A stretch of 64,000 bases of DNA from Pseudomonadota bacterium (GCA_039815825.1 JBCBYO010000010.1:6886-70885), one strand, 5' to 3'. Shown: positions 38,641 to 49,705, numbered from the stretch's first letter. The notes: generated by a model from the sequence alone, not told the origin. Numbers and translations are program-made.

Positions 38641-41310
38641 GTGATGCTGGATACAACAGATAAGCATATTTTTTCATTTGGACGCGGCAAGGCGGATCCC
38701 TGCGTCGATGATCTACACCGTTTGGGTGGCAAAGGCGCCAACCTTGCCGAGATGAGCCGAATTGGATTGCCGGTACCGCCCGGATTTACGATCTCCACGG
38801 ACATGTGCTTGGCGTTCTTCAAGAACGGTCGCCAGATGCCCGATGATCTGCGCGAGGATATCAAGGCTGCGGTTGCCCATCTGGAAACCGTCACCAAACA
38901 GAAGCTCGGTGACCTGGAGAACCCGCTTCTCGTCTCGGTACGTTCGGGTGCACAGGTCTCCATGCCCGGCATGATGGATACCGTTCTCAATTTGGGTCTG
39001 AATGATGAAACGGTGGAGGCCTTGGCCCGACGCACTAATGATCCGCGTTTCGCTTACGATACCTACCGTCGCTTCATCCAAATGTACGCGACTGTTGTCA
39101 TTGGTGTCCCGCATTCCTTGTTTGAGGAACGGTTGGAAACGGCGCGGGAAAGAGCCGGTGTCGAAAGGGATCAGGATCTTGGGGTCGAAGACCTGCAAAA
39201 GCTGATTACCGGCTATCTGATCGACATTGAAGCGGACATGGACGATCCGTTCCCGCAAGATCCATATGAGCAATTGTGGGGTGCAATTGAAGCTGTGTTT
39301 GCCAGCTGGCGTAATCCCCGCGCGCTTACATATCGTGCACTGCACGCAATTCCTGATGATTGGGGAACCGCCGTCACCGTTCAAATGATGGTCTTTGGGA
39401 ACTCAGGCATGGAGTCGGCCACGGGCGTAGCTTTCACACGCGATCCGTCCACCGGGGAAAAGCGGTTTTTTGGCGAGTATCTCTTAAACGCGCAAGGCGA
39501 AGACATTGTTGCCGGCACCCGAACACCGGATCCGTTGGCACCCGATCCAAATTCCAAACGCCGTTCAATGCGCGAAACACTGCCGCATTCCTTCAGTCAG
39601 CTTCAGCAATTGGCGACCATGCTTGAAGAGCATTTCGGTGACATGCAAGATGTTGAGTTCACAATCGACAATGGCTCCTTGTGGATCTTACAAACTCGGA
39701 GCGGCAAACGCACAGTCACCGCTGGCATTCGTATTGCGGTAGATTTGGCCAAGGAAAAACTGATCTCGAAGTCCGAGGCTGTTTTGCGGGTTGATCCGGC
39801 ATCAGTCGATCAGCTGATCCACCCAATGGTCGACCCCAACGCGCCGCGCAAACGCCTGGGCTCAGGTTTGCCGGCATCGCCCGGCGCGGCAACCGGCGCG
39901 GTCGTTTTCACCGCCGACGCGGCTGTTGAAGCGGCTGAAAAAGGCCAGGACATTATCCTCCTGCGCCCGGAGACAAGCCCTGACGACATTCATGGTATGG
40001 TAGCAGCGCGGGGCATTGTTACATCGCGCGGTGGCATGACGTCACACGCGGCTGTGGTCGCAAGAGGTATGGGCCGGCCGTGTATTACGAGCGTGAACAG
40101 CCTGCATATCGACCATGATGCCAAGGTAGCGCGCTTCGGGAAGATGGTGGTCCATGAAGGGGAGATGGTCACCGTTGACGGCAGCGCTGGCGATGTCTTG
40201 CTGGGTAAGGTGCCCACGATACAGCGGGAGGTCTCTGGCGATTTTGCGACGCTATTAGGCTGGGCCGATGAAATTCGTCGGATGAAGGTGCGCGCCAATG
40301 TCGACAAGGCAGGCGACGCTGAGATAGCCCGTAGTTTCGGTGCCGAGGGCATCGGTCTTTGCAGAACCGAAAACATGCTCACCAGCGACCTTGCCGTTCA
40401 CCTGATGCGCCGGGTGATTATGTCCGACAGCGAGAGGGATCGCCGCACAATTCTCGATGAGCTCCTACCATTGCAACGTGCAGCGCTTGTCGATTTGTTT
40501 GAACATATGCCTGGACAACCGGTTTGCGTGCGCCTCCTTGATCCGCCACTTGAGGAATTTCTGCCACGCGATGCCGATAAGCTGGTTTCTTTTGCAAAAA
40601 AAGTGAAACGGGACGTCGACGATGTTCTTTTACGTGCCGAGGAGCTCAAAGAGCTTAACCCGATGCTTGGGAACCGCGGCGTTCGGTTAGCCATATGCTA
40701 TCCGGAAATAGCCGAAATGCAGACACGCGCGATCATAGAGGCGGCCATTGAAGCGGGCCAGAAAAGCGGCGCTCCGGTGGTCCCTGAAATTGTGGTTCCT
40801 CTCGTTTCACACTTTAAAGAACTACGCTATTTACGAGACAAGCTGGCAGATGCCGCCGCCGATGTTACGCGTCGCCATAAAGCAAAGATCCGTTACTTGG
40901 TCGGATGTATTGTAGAAGTTCCCCGGGCTGCAATTCGCGCTGATCTGATCTCAGGCGCTGCGGATTTCTTCTCATTCGGGACCAACGACCTGACCCAGAC
41001 AACGCTCGGAATTTCTCGCGATGATGCGTCACACTTCCTGTCAAAATACCTGCAGCTTGGGCTGATCGACCACGACCCTTTTATTACGCTGGATCGTGAC
41101 GGCGTCGGCGAAGTGATTTCCCAAGCGATAGAAAAAGGACGTCAGGCCAACCCTTCATTATTGCTGGGTGTAACCGGGGAGCATGGCGGTGACCCCAAAT
41201 CGATCCGCTACTTTGAAGAGTTGGGCATCGACTATGTGTCATGTTCGCCCTACCGCATCCCGGTTGCGCGCTTGGCTGCGGCGCAAGCAACAGTGCGAAA
41301 CGGAGGCTAG
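38641..41310 (+). CDS. ppdK: Pyruvate, phosphate dikinase
   Basis: 889 aa. Phosphohistidine motif GGMTSHAAVVARGMG and a PEP-utilising C-terminal TIM domain. The start is either the GTG at 38641 or the ATG at 38644. Confidence 0.95.
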   Translation: MMLDTTDKHIFSFGRGKADPCVDDLHRLGGKGANLAEMSRIGLPVPPGFTISTDMCLAFFKNGRQMPDDLREDIKAAVAHLETVTKQKLGDLENPLLVSVRSGAQVSMPGMMDTVLNLGLNDETVEALARRTNDPRFAYDTYRRFIQMYATVVIGVPHSLFEERLETARERAGVERDQDLGVEDLQKLITGYLIDIEADMDDPFPQDPYEQLWGAIEAVFASWRNPRALTYRALHAIPDDWGTAVTVQMMVFGNSGMESATGVAFTRDPSTGEKRFFGEYLLNAQGEDIVAGTRTPDPLAPDPNSKRRSMRETLPHSFSQLQQLATMLEEHFGDMQDVEFTIDNGSLWILQTRSGKRTVTAGIRIAVDLAKEKLISKSEAVLRVDPASVDQLIHPMVDPNAPRKRLGSGLPASPGAATGAVVFTADAAVEAAEKGQDIILLRPETSPDDIHGMVAARGIVTSRGGMTSHAAVVARGMGRPCITSVNSLHIDHDAKVARFGKMVVHEGEMVTVDGSAGDVLLGKVPTIQREVSGDFATLLGWADEIRRMKVRANVDKAGDAEIARSFGAEGIGLCRTENMLTSDLAVHLMRRVIMSDSERDRRTILDELLPLQRAALVDLFEHMPGQPVCVRLLDPPLEEFLPRDADKLVSFAKKVKRDVDDVLLRAEELKELNPMLGNRGVRLAICYPEIAEMQTRAIIEAAIEAGQKSGAPVVPEIVVPLVSHFKELRYLRDKLADAAADVTRRHKAKIRYLVGCIVEVPRAAIRADLISGAADFFSFGTNDLTQTTLGISRDDASHFLSKYLQLGLIDHDPFITLDRDGVGEVISQAIEKGRQANPSLLLGVTGEHGGDPKSIRYFEELGIDYVSCSPYRIPVARLAAAQATVRNGG

Positions 41311-41316
41311 AAATCT

Positions 41317-42087
41317 GTGCGCACCGTACGTGATTTGCCGGAGCGTCGACAGTCGCTGACAGCTACCATCGCCCTTCGGGTCGCATTGTTCACACCTGTT
41401 TTTGCCTTGATCAGCATCGTCTCTCATCGCGCCGGAATGATCGACACAGTCGCCTTCGGCAATTTGATAGTAGCGACCGTTGCCTTGGCGTTTCTTTCAG
41501 CGTTGTTGATTTTGATTGGGCTCATCCGGCTTTGGACATTTGGGAAAAAAGGTGGACGACGCCTCATAGCGGCGATCATTGCACTGACTTTTGTTGCTTA
41601 CCCCTTGGGTATTGCCGGGTTCCAATTCGTCCGGTACCCACAACAGATCGATGTAAGCACCAACCTCGTTAACCCACCGGTCTTTCGCGACGAGGTCGCC
41701 GAACTAGGTGCCGGCTCGACAGTAATTGTTGCAGGAACCTTGCCTAACGGCTACCCCGACTTAATCGGCCGACGCTACAACGCGCCAGCCGATACCATTC
41801 AGCAGACGCTACAAGAGACCGGCACTGCTCTTGGATGGCGCTACCAGCGCACCGTCGGGCGTGTGGGTGCTGATGATGCCATTACGTTGGAGTTTTCCGC
41901 CTCGACCCTCATATTAGCGCTGCCCAGTGACATTGTGGTTCGTATGTTGGACGAAGGCGATACCACCCTGGTGGATGTTCGCTCAAAATGGCGCTTTTTC
42001 GACCATGACTTGGGCGCAAACGCCCGGGCGATTGAGCGCTATTTGGATGCGTTAGACTTCGCTCTGATCGGGGTTGCGCAGCCCTAG
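41317..42087 (+). CDS. DUF1499-like membrane protein
   Basis: 256 aa. N-terminal TM helices, and a C-terminal VDVRSKWRFFDHDLGANARAIERYL resembling the DUF1499 signature. It lies 6 nt after ppdK. Confidence 0.55.
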   Translation: MRTVRDLPERRQSLTATIALRVALFTPVFALISIVSHRAGMIDTVAFGNLIVATVALAFLSALLILIGLIRLWTFGKKGGRRLIAAIIALTFVAYPLGIAGFQFVRYPQQIDVSTNLVNPPVFRDEVAELGAGSTVIVAGTLPNGYPDLIGRRYNAPADTIQQTLQETGTALGWRYQRTVGRVGADDAITLEFSASTLILALPSDIVVRMLDEGDTTLVDVRSKWRFFDHDLGANARAIERYLDALDFALIGVAQP

Positions 42088-42088
42088 A

Positions 42089-43126
42089 TCAGACCGGCTC
42101 GAAGGTCCCTTGTAGGGACGGCGGTCCTTCAGTGCGTACCGCGTTGCGCGCAACCAAATCTTCCAAATGCGCAAGCACTGACAGCGCTGCCGCACCGTGC
42201 AATCTAGGATCGGTGTCCCGATAAATATTGGCGACCATCGAGACGATGGTTCGGTCACCTTTGCTAATCCGCTCTAATATGGCTCGTTCGCGCATCTTTC
42301 GATGGCCGCGCAAACCGCGCAGAAATGCGTCCGGGTTTTCAACAGGTCCGCCGTGGCCCGGAAAATATCGCTGATGCCCAAGACCTTCGAGCTTATCCAA
42401 CGATCCCATATAGTCCGCCATGGCACCATCGGGCGGCGCGACGATGCTGGTTGCCCAAGCCATCACATGGTCTGCCGAGAAAAGTGTCTCTTCCCCAACA
42501 AGTTCAAAAGCCAAATGGTTGGCGCAATGGCCCGGTGTCTCGATGGCCTTGATGGTCCAACCATCGCCGTCGACGATTTGACCCTCTGTCAGCTCGGTGT
42601 CGGGAACGTGCCCATGGTCGGCCGCGGCATCCAACGGATTGACTTCGCCAATGTTCAAGGGCCGCGCCGAACGATGGACGCCCGCGCCAACGATCATTGC
42701 GCCGGTCAACTCTTTGAGCTTTTTTGCCAGCGGTGAATGGTCTGCATGCGTATGGCTGACAAAGATGTGCGAAACAGGCCGGGCTCCAACGGCGTTGATA
42801 AGGGCGGCTAGATGGGTTTCATCTAGTGGACCCGGATCGATAACGGCAAGCGTGTCAGTTCCAACCAAATAGCTGTTGGTTCCAAAAAAGGTAAACGCTG
42901 ACGGATTATTGCAAGTCACACGCGTCACCTTGGGCGCAACGACGACAGGTACACCATAGTTGGGTTCAAAAACCTGCGAAAAGCGTGGATTGGTAGACAA
43001 TAGCGCTGCCTTTGTGACCTGTTGCAACTTGCTGACTGAGAGGCACGTCGTTATACGCCCCGGAACGCGCAGAAAAGCGCCTTTATGCAAGAGGAACAAA
43101 AAATGGCACTGTCTACCGCCCAACAA
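42089..43126 (-). CDS. MBL-fold metallo-hydrolase (LACTB2-like, with a C-terminal winged-helix region); start uncertain
   Basis: HTHADHSP (HxHxDH) motif. The long ORF start would overlap the divergent bioY start, so the true start is probably an internal TTG near 43000. Confidence 0.75.
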   Translation of the reverse strand: MLGGRQCHFLFLLHKGAFLRVPGRITTCLSVSKLQQVTKAALLSTNPRFSQVFEPNYGVPVVVAPKVTRVTCNNPSAFTFFGTNSYLVGTDTLAVIDPGPLDETHLAALINAVGARPVSHIFVSHTHADHSPLAKKLKELTGAMIVGAGVHRSARPLNIGEVNPLDAAADHGHVPDTELTEGQIVDGDGWTIKAIETPGHCANHLAFELVGEETLFSADHVMAWATSIVAPPDGAMADYMGSLDKLEGLGHQRYFPGHGGPVENPDAFLRGLRGHRKMRERAILERISKGDRTIVSMVANIYRDTDPRLHGAAALSVLAHLEDLVARNAVRTEGPPSLQGTFEPV

Positions 43127-43690
43127 CCGCTGGTTTACCGCGCTTTGTCCGAAACACCAGCAACGCGCATGCTGGGTTTTATGCTTCTTGCGCTTGCCGG
43201 TTCATTCATCATTGCGATCGCCGGTCAGGTAAAAGTTCCGTTCTGGCCGGTCCCCGTAACGATGCAAACTTTGGCCATTTTTACTATCGCCGCTGCGTAT
43301 GGTAGCCGGCTGGCTATCGCAACTTTGCTGCTTTACCTCGCAGAGGGTGCAGTCGGATTGCCTGTGTTCACCAATGGCGGTGGCCTCGGCTATTTCGCGA
43401 CCAGCGCGACAACCGGCTATTTGATCGCATTTGTGATCGCTGCCGGCTTGACAGGTTATGCCGCGGATCGTGGATGGGCGCGTAACCCGCTGAAGCTTTT
43501 TGGGGCCAACCTTGTGGGCACGATTATCATCTTGGCGCTTGGCTTCGCTTGGATCGCGCTTCATCCGGCTTACGGGTTGGACAAGGCGTTCGCATGGGGC
43601 GTTGGTCCGTTCATTTGGTCTGACATTTTGAAAGCTGCCATAGCAGCATGCCTCATTCCGGCGACCGCAGCGCTTCTACCGCGCAAATAA
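43103..43690 (+). CDS. bioY: Biotin transporter BioY (solitary S component)
   Basis: About 195 aa with 6 TM segments and a BioY-like VPFWPVPVTMQTLA motif. SD GAGGA lies upstream of the ATG at 43103. Confidence 0.85.
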   Translation: MALSTAQQPLVYRALSETPATRMLGFMLLALAGSFIIAIAGQVKVPFWPVPVTMQTLAIFTIAAAYGSRLAIATLLLYLAEGAVGLPVFTNGGGLGYFATSATTGYLIAFVIAAGLTGYAADRGWARNPLKLFGANLVGTIIILALGFAWIALHPAYGLDKAFAWGVGPFIWSDILKAAIAACLIPATAALLPRK

Positions 43691-43713
43691 GCCGGTAGAA
43701 AACCTGATTGAAT

Positions 43714-43747
43714 AACGCCAGCGGCACAGTGCCGCTGGCGTTTTTTG
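43714..43747 (+). terminator. Rho-independent terminator of bioY
   Basis: 12-bp stem AACGCCAGCGGC/GCCGCTGGCGTT with a 5-nt loop, followed by TTTTGT. Confidence 0.85.
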
Positions 43748-43819
43748 TACTTGCTGGTTTTTTTGCCCCAAGTACTATCCAAGCCTTGAACGTCTTTTCG
43801 ACGGCTGCAGGGAGCGCAA

Positions 43820-45223
43820 ATGAATTCGGTCACCAGCTTTACCCTTAATGGTGAACAGGTCAGCGTCGAGGTAAGACCGGACACGACCGTCCTTGATCTG
43901 CTACGTGAAAAATTAAGCCATAAAGGTACCAAAGAGGGATGCGCCGAAGGCGATTGTGGTGCGTGCACGATTTTGTTGCGCAGGGCCGGTGCTAAGGAGA
44001 GCTTCCCGCGTCCCGCAAACGCATGCATCATGACTGTCGCGCAAATTGAAGCCAGCGAGATCACTACCGTTGAGGGGATCGGCAACGGTGTTCTCAGTGA
44101 CTTGCAGGCTCGCATGGCCGAAAACGGATCGTCTCAATGTGGTTTTTGTACACCGGGCATTGTGATGGCGCTTTCGGGTTTGTTGGCACGAAGCAGTGCG
44201 CCCGACGAGGACGATATTCACGATGCACTGGCGGGTAATCTGTGCCGCTGTACGGGGTATAAACCCATCGTCGAAGCTGCCAAGGCGGCTTTGAGCACCG
44301 GAATTCCCGGATCGTCGGGTCACGAGCAGATAGCCAGCGCCACCATGGTGTCGTCGGCTGGCTCAACCGCAATAAAGCCGACTTCCGTTGAAGACTTGCT
44401 CAGCGCAAAGCGTGATCGGCCAGAAGCGATTTTGCTGGCCGGTGGAACCGATTTGGCGGTGCCGCTTGCTGCCTACGAAACAAACTGGCCAGAGATCATT
44501 TTGACAGGCAGTGTGTCGGCATTGCGCGAGCTGACCGTAACCGATGAAGCCTATGAAATTGGTGCGGCGGTAACCTGGGAAGAGTTGATGCACGCGGTCG
44601 CAGACGATTACCCATCGTTCGCCACGCTCATAAAACGTTTCGGTTCGACCCAAATCCGTTCCATGGGAACCGTGGGTGGAAATGTAGGGACTGCCAGCCC
44701 GATTGGCGACGGTCCTCCTGCCATGATTGCGTTGGGCGCATCAATCACGCTCCAGTCGCTTGATCGCGGAGAACGAACACTGCCACTTGAGAATTTCTTC
44801 CTGGACTATCGGAAAACCGAAATGGCCAATGACGAGATCATTGTCGGTTTTTCACTGCCGCGCCCAAAACCCGGTCAGCTGTTTAGAAGCTACAAAATCT
44901 CCAAACGCTACGACCAGGATATCTCGACCGTCTGCGGTGCGTTTAACCTGCAGCTGGACGGAGATGTCGTGACAGGTGCGCGGATTGCCTATGGCGGCAT
45001 GGCTGCAACCCCCAAGCGCGCCGTCCATGGCGAGAAAGCGATCCATGGAAAAGCGCTAAACCGTGAAACAGCGAACGCGTTTGGCGTGGCATTGGCTGAA
45101 GACTTCACGCCACTGACAGATTGGCGTGGCACTGATACCTATCGCATGCGGGTAGCAAAAGGCCTTTTTGCCCGGTTGGTAGCTGACCATGCCGGTGAGC
45201 GCGTGGAGGTGATGGCCCCATGA
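43820..45223 (+). CDS. xdhA: Xanthine dehydrogenase small subunit (2x[2Fe-2S] plus FAD domain)
   Basis: CAEGDCGACT, CGFCTPG and NLCRCTGY motifs, followed by an FAD-binding domain. Confidence 0.9.
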   Translation: MNSVTSFTLNGEQVSVEVRPDTTVLDLLREKLSHKGTKEGCAEGDCGACTILLRRAGAKESFPRPANACIMTVAQIEASEITTVEGIGNGVLSDLQARMAENGSSQCGFCTPGIVMALSGLLARSSAPDEDDIHDALAGNLCRCTGYKPIVEAAKAALSTGIPGSSGHEQIASATMVSSAGSTAIKPTSVEDLLSAKRDRPEAILLAGGTDLAVPLAAYETNWPEIILTGSVSALRELTVTDEAYEIGAAVTWEELMHAVADDYPSFATLIKRFGSTQIRSMGTVGGNVGTASPIGDGPPAMIALGASITLQSLDRGERTLPLENFFLDYRKTEMANDEIIVGFSLPRPKPGQLFRSYKISKRYDQDISTVCGAFNLQLDGDVVTGARIAYGGMAATPKRAVHGEKAIHGKALNRETANAFGVALAEDFTPLTDWRGTDTYRMRVAKGLFARLVADHAGERVEVMAP

Positions 45224-47547
45224 ACAAGCACGTTGCGAACATAGAGAGATCGATCGTTGGTAAGGGCATCGCGCATGACAGTGCGAGCAAACATGTGCGC
45301 GGCCAAGCAGCCTATATTGATGATATGCCGGAAGTCCCCGGCACATTGCATGCGGCATTGATTTTGTCGCCGGTCGCGCATGGTCTACTGACGGGCTTGG
45401 ATGCATCGTCAGCGCTTGCCATGGACGGTGTGGTTGACTTTGCAACTGCGGCCGACATCAAGGGGCACAACGATATCGCGCCAATTCTGCCCGGCGAGGA
45501 ATTGTTTGCAACCGAAGCGCTTGAGTACCTTGGCCAACCCATCGCTGTGATTTGCGCGACAACTTATAAACGGGCAGTCGAAGCAGCCCATGCCGTTAAA
45601 GTCTCATTCGAGGCGCTTGAACCCGTGCTTGACATTGAAGAAGCCCATGGGCGTCAAGACTATGTTCTGCCCGCGCAGAAACTTGTTAGCGGTGACGTTG
45701 ATAAGGCGCTGGCGGGAGCAGAACGGGTCATTGAAGGCCGCTTGGAGATCGGCGGGCAAGATCATTTTTATTTGGAAACGCAGATCGCATTGGCAGTGCC
45801 GGGTGAAGATCTGGATATGACGGTCTACTCTTCAACTCAGCACCCCACCGAGGTGCAGCACCATGTGGCCCATGTGCTTGGGCGGTACGCAAATAGCATT
45901 GATGTGCAGGTGCGACGCATGGGCGGCGGTTTTGGTGGCAAGGAAAGTCAGGCAACAATCATTGCAGCGGCAGCTGCGGTTCTTGCAGATCGAACCGGTA
46001 AACCGGTCAAGTTGCGCTTGAAACGATCCGCTGACATGACCGCAACCGGCAAGCGACATGATATGGTCTCGTGTTGGAAAATCGGTGTCACAAACGAAGG
46101 CCGGATTGTCGCCGCGGACGTGGAATATCTGGCGCGCGCGGGTAACTCCCCTGATTTGAGTGGGCCCGTTTTAACGCGCTCACTGACGCACACGGACAAC
46201 GCCTACCATATCCCAGCTGCGCGTTTTATCGGCCATGCATGCAAAACGAACACGGTGTCAAACACCGCCTTTCGTGGCTTCGGTGGTCCGCAAGGCGTGG
46301 TCACATCCGAAGCGATGATCGACCAGATTGCCAGGGAACTGGCGCTAGATCCCAATAAAGTGCGCGCAATCAACTATTATGGTCCCGACACCGGTGAAAC
46401 CACGCCCTATGACCAACCGGTCGAGCATAATCGCTTGGTGGAAGTAACGGACGCCATTTTGCAAACCGGCGAATGGGATCGACGACGCAAAGCGGTTGAT
46501 GATCACAATGCGACCAATCCCGTAATCCGGCGCGGTCTGGCGATGATGCCGGTTAAATTCGGGATTTCATTCAACCTGCCATCACTCAACCAGGCGGGCG
46601 CCTTGGTGCACGTTTATCAGGACGGATCGGTTCATTTGAACCATGGCGGCACTGAAATGGGGCAGGGTCTTTTCATGAAAGTCGCCCAAGTCGTGGCCGA
46701 GGTGTTTCAGCTAGACGTGGACCGGATCAAGATCACAGCCACCCACACCGGGAAAGTGCCCAACACATCCCCCACAGCGGCTTCAACCGGGTCAGACTTG
46801 AACGGCATGGCTGCTTTCATCGCGGCATCTGCGATCAAGAGCCGGATGATCCCGGTGGCCGCCGAGCATTTCGATGTTGAGGAAGATGAGATCGTCTTCC
46901 GCGAGAACCGCGTCCACGCGGGAAATCGCTCGATAGAGTTTGCCGAACTTGCAAAAATGAGTTGGGCCAAGCGTGTCTCGTTGTCGGAAGCAGGGCACTA
47001 TGCGACGCCGAAAATCCACTGGGACGCCAAGAACATGAAGGGTCGCCCCTTCTTTTATTTCACCTATGGCGCTGCGATTTCTGAGGTGGAGGTGGACACC
47101 ATTACGGGTGAAAACCGGTGCATACGAACCGATATTGTGCAGGATTGCGGCCAATCTCTGAACTCAGCGATTGATTTGGGGCAGATTGAAGGAGCTTTTG
47201 TGCAGGGTATGGGTTGGCTCACCTGCGAAGAGCTGTGGTGGGACAAGTCCGGGCGTCTGCGGACCATTGGTCCGTCAACCTACAAGATCCCGGGATCTCG
47301 CGACGTACCGCCGGTTTTCAACGTGGCACTGCTCGATGATGCACCCAATGGCGAGGAAACTGTTTTCCGGTCCAAGGCGGTAGGCGAACCCCCACTCATG
47401 CTGGCGGTCTCGGTTTTTCTGGCGTTGCGCGACGCTGTCGCTTCGCTCGCGCCACGTGGTTATTCGCCCAATCTGATGACACCTTGCACACCCGAGCGTG
47501 TGCTTGACGCTGTTTTAAATGCAAAAGCTGCAAACTCATCAGACTAG
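45220..47547 (+). CDS. xdhB: Xanthine dehydrogenase molybdopterin-binding subunit
   Basis: 775 aa. GGGFGGKE, FRGFGGPQG and the Glu-containing SKAVGEPP motif. There is a 4-nt overlap with xdhA. Confidence 0.9.
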   Translation: MNKHVANIERSIVGKGIAHDSASKHVRGQAAYIDDMPEVPGTLHAALILSPVAHGLLTGLDASSALAMDGVVDFATAADIKGHNDIAPILPGEELFATEALEYLGQPIAVICATTYKRAVEAAHAVKVSFEALEPVLDIEEAHGRQDYVLPAQKLVSGDVDKALAGAERVIEGRLEIGGQDHFYLETQIALAVPGEDLDMTVYSSTQHPTEVQHHVAHVLGRYANSIDVQVRRMGGGFGGKESQATIIAAAAAVLADRTGKPVKLRLKRSADMTATGKRHDMVSCWKIGVTNEGRIVAADVEYLARAGNSPDLSGPVLTRSLTHTDNAYHIPAARFIGHACKTNTVSNTAFRGFGGPQGVVTSEAMIDQIARELALDPNKVRAINYYGPDTGETTPYDQPVEHNRLVEVTDAILQTGEWDRRRKAVDDHNATNPVIRRGLAMMPVKFGISFNLPSLNQAGALVHVYQDGSVHLNHGGTEMGQGLFMKVAQVVAEVFQLDVDRIKITATHTGKVPNTSPTAASTGSDLNGMAAFIAASAIKSRMIPVAAEHFDVEEDEIVFRENRVHAGNRSIEFAELAKMSWAKRVSLSEAGHYATPKIHWDAKNMKGRPFFYFTYGAAISEVEVDTITGENRCIRTDIVQDCGQSLNSAIDLGQIEGAFVQGMGWLTCEELWWDKSGRLRTIGPSTYKIPGSRDVPPVFNVALLDDAPNGEETVFRSKAVGEPPLMLAVSVFLALRDAVASLAPRGYSPNLMTPCTPERVLDAVLNAKAANSSD

Positions 47548-47661
47548 CTCGTGTCGCGTGCTTGAAAAAATTTCATGATTGTCATTTGCCAAGCGGCTGA
47601 TACAGTCGGGGCAACATCAATCTTTTGAGACGGCTGCGCCGAACGACCCGGCAGCGCCGCT

Positions 47662-48990
47662 TTGGAGCTTAACGTGAAAGAGCCTGACGGTGGGGCACCC
47701 CCTCACACCGCGGCTCCCACGTCCGGTGTGGCGCAGGCCAACGGAAACGGTAATGCGCCCGGAATCCCCGTCGGAGCGGCAACGCAACCCGATGGACATT
47801 CGCAGACACCGGGCGGGAGTCCATCCAATAAAAAGCGGCGTCGCAATCGTCGGCGCAAGAAGAAGCCGGGGAACGCGGCTCCGCCAGTTTTTCATGCCGA
47901 CCAGCTGCCGCCTGTAAGACCCACCACACCCGTGCCTGCGCGATCGAACGGCGGTGAGCGTGCGCTTTACGCGGCGCTGGATCTCGGCACAAACAATTGC
48001 CGCCTGTTGATCGCAACGCCCACAAAACCTGGTCAGTTCAGGGTGGTGGATGCTTTTTCCCGCATTGTGCGCCTTGGGGAAGGGCTCGGCCATTCCGGTC
48101 GCTTGTCGGACAATGCGATGCATCGCGCGTTGGAAGCGCTTGCCATCTGCAGCGAAAAGCTCGGGAAAAAAGAAGTAAAACGCGCGCGTTTGATTGCCAC
48201 AGAAGCATGCCGTTCGGCCGAAAACGGATCAGCTTTTTTGGAAAAAGTACGCGAGCAAACCGGTCTTGATCTCGAAGTTGTCAATCGTGAGACGGAAGCT
48301 CGATTAGCCGTATCGGGTTGCGGCTCTCTGGTTGATCGCGAAGCCAAATCGACGGTTCTTTTCGATATTGGCGGGGGTTCGTCTGAGATTGCGGTTATCG
48401 ACCTGAAGGATGCAACAAGGCGTCGATTGGCCGATGGTATTGTGGACTGGACATCGCTGCCCATCGGCGTCGTGACGATGTCTGAGAAGTTTGGTGGCAA
48501 ACATGTAGATCCGGCGATTTTTGCTGAAATGAAAGACCATGCCAGTCAGTTTTTGTCCGAATTTGCACAAAAACATGCTGCTGTCGGTCAGCGTGATGGT
48601 TCTTTCCACCTAATTGGTACGTCGGGCACCGTGACAACGCTTGCTGGAATCCATCTGGATTTGCCGCGATATGATAGACGTCGCGTTGATGGCCTGTGGA
48701 TCAATGCGCGCCAGGTCAGTGATATCAACAAACGCATCCTGAGTTGGTCATTTGATCAACGCAAAGCCAATGTGTGCATCGGCGAGGATCGCGCGGATCT
48801 CGTTTTGGCCGGTTGTGCGATTTTGGAAGCGATCCGTGAAGCTTGGCCGGCCAAGCGTTTGCGGGTGGCCGACCGGGGTTTAAGGGAAGGTTTGCTGACT
48901 GAAATGATGAGCGAAGATGGCGTTTGGAAGTCGCGCCGCCGCCGGTCTCGCAACCGAAGAAGACGGGGCGGGCAAAACCCTCATGAGTAG
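47662..48990 (+). CDS. Ppx/GppA-family phosphatase with polybasic N- and C-terminal extensions
   Basis: Core [13 protein letters not shown] ... DIGGGSSE (ASKHA fold). The N-terminal ~100 aa are low-complexity and include [13 protein letters not shown]. The C-terminus is [14 protein letters not shown]. The start is a TTG at 47662 or a GTG at 47674. Confidence 0.8.
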   Translation: MELNVKEPDGGAPPHTAAPTSGVAQANGNGNAPGIPVGAATQPDGHSQTPGGSPSNKKRRRNRRRKKKPGNAAPPVFHADQLPPVRPTTPVPARSNGGERALYAALDLGTNNCRLLIATPTKPGQFRVVDAFSRIVRLGEGLGHSGRLSDNAMHRALEALAICSEKLGKKEVKRARLIATEACRSAENGSAFLEKVREQTGLDLEVVNRETEARLAVSGCGSLVDREAKSTVLFDIGGGSSEIAVIDLKDATRRRLADGIVDWTSLPIGVVTMSEKFGGKHVDPAIFAEMKDHASQFLSEFAQKHAAVGQRDGSFHLIGTSGTVTTLAGIHLDLPRYDRRRVDGLWINARQVSDINKRILSWSFDQRKANVCIGEDRADLVLAGCAILEAIREAWPAKRLRVADRGLREGLLTEMMSEDGVWKSRRRRSRNRRRRGGQNPHE

Positions 48991-49705
48991 AAATAAACGA
49001 TATGGCGGTGGGACCGGCGCGGGGCGTTCTGTAAATCAGCATGTGCGCCGCAAGCAAAAGCTGAAACCATCCTCCCGGCGCTGGATCGAACGTCAGCTGA
49101 ACGACCCCTATGTACAGCGCGCCAAACGCGAAGGCATGCGTTCGCGAGCAGCCTACAAACTCACCGAAATTGACGATAAGCATGACCTTCTCAAACCCGG
49201 CATGCGTGTCATTGATCTTGGCGCCGCGCCAGGCGGTTGGTGCCAGGTCGCGGCCAAGCGCGTTGAATCGCTTGACGATGACATTCGCGTTGTAGGGATC
49301 GACTATTTGGGTATGGATGGTATGGCCGGTGTCACCATTCTTGAGATGGATTTTCTTGACGATGACGCACCACAAGCGCTTATGGACGCGCTGGGCGGTA
49401 AACCAGATATCGTCTTGTCTGACATGGCCGCGCCGACAGTTGGCCATCGCAAAACCGACCACATGCGTACCATGCATTTGGTTGAGGTCGCTGCTGACTT
49501 TGCGCTGAAGGTTTTAAAGCCGGGCGGTCATTTTCTGTCGAAGACGTTTCAGGGCGGTACCGAGAAAAGCCTTCTTGATTTGCTAAAGGCAAACTTCAAA
49601 TCGGTCAGCCATATCAAACCGCCGGCAAGCAGGTCAGAAAGTGTGGAGCTTTATCTGTTGGCGAAAGACTTTAAGGGCGGTCCAAACAACGGCAACGACA
49701 CATAA
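48983..49705 (+). CDS. rlmE: 23S rRNA (uridine-2'-O)-methyltransferase RlmE/FtsJ
   Basis: [14 protein letters not shown] and the SAM motif [11 protein letters not shown]. Start taken at MSRNKRY (48983), overlapping the ppx stop by 8 nt. Confidence 0.9.
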   Translation: MSRNKRYGGGTGAGRSVNQHVRRKQKLKPSSRRWIERQLNDPYVQRAKREGMRSRAAYKLTEIDDKHDLLKPGMRVIDLGAAPGGWCQVAAKRVESLDDDIRVVGIDYLGMDGMAGVTILEMDFLDDDAPQALMDALGGKPDIVLSDMAAPTVGHRKTDHMRTMHLVEVAADFALKVLKPGGHFLSKTFQGGTEKSLLDLLKANFKSVSHIKPPASRSESVELYLLAKDFKGGPNNGNDT

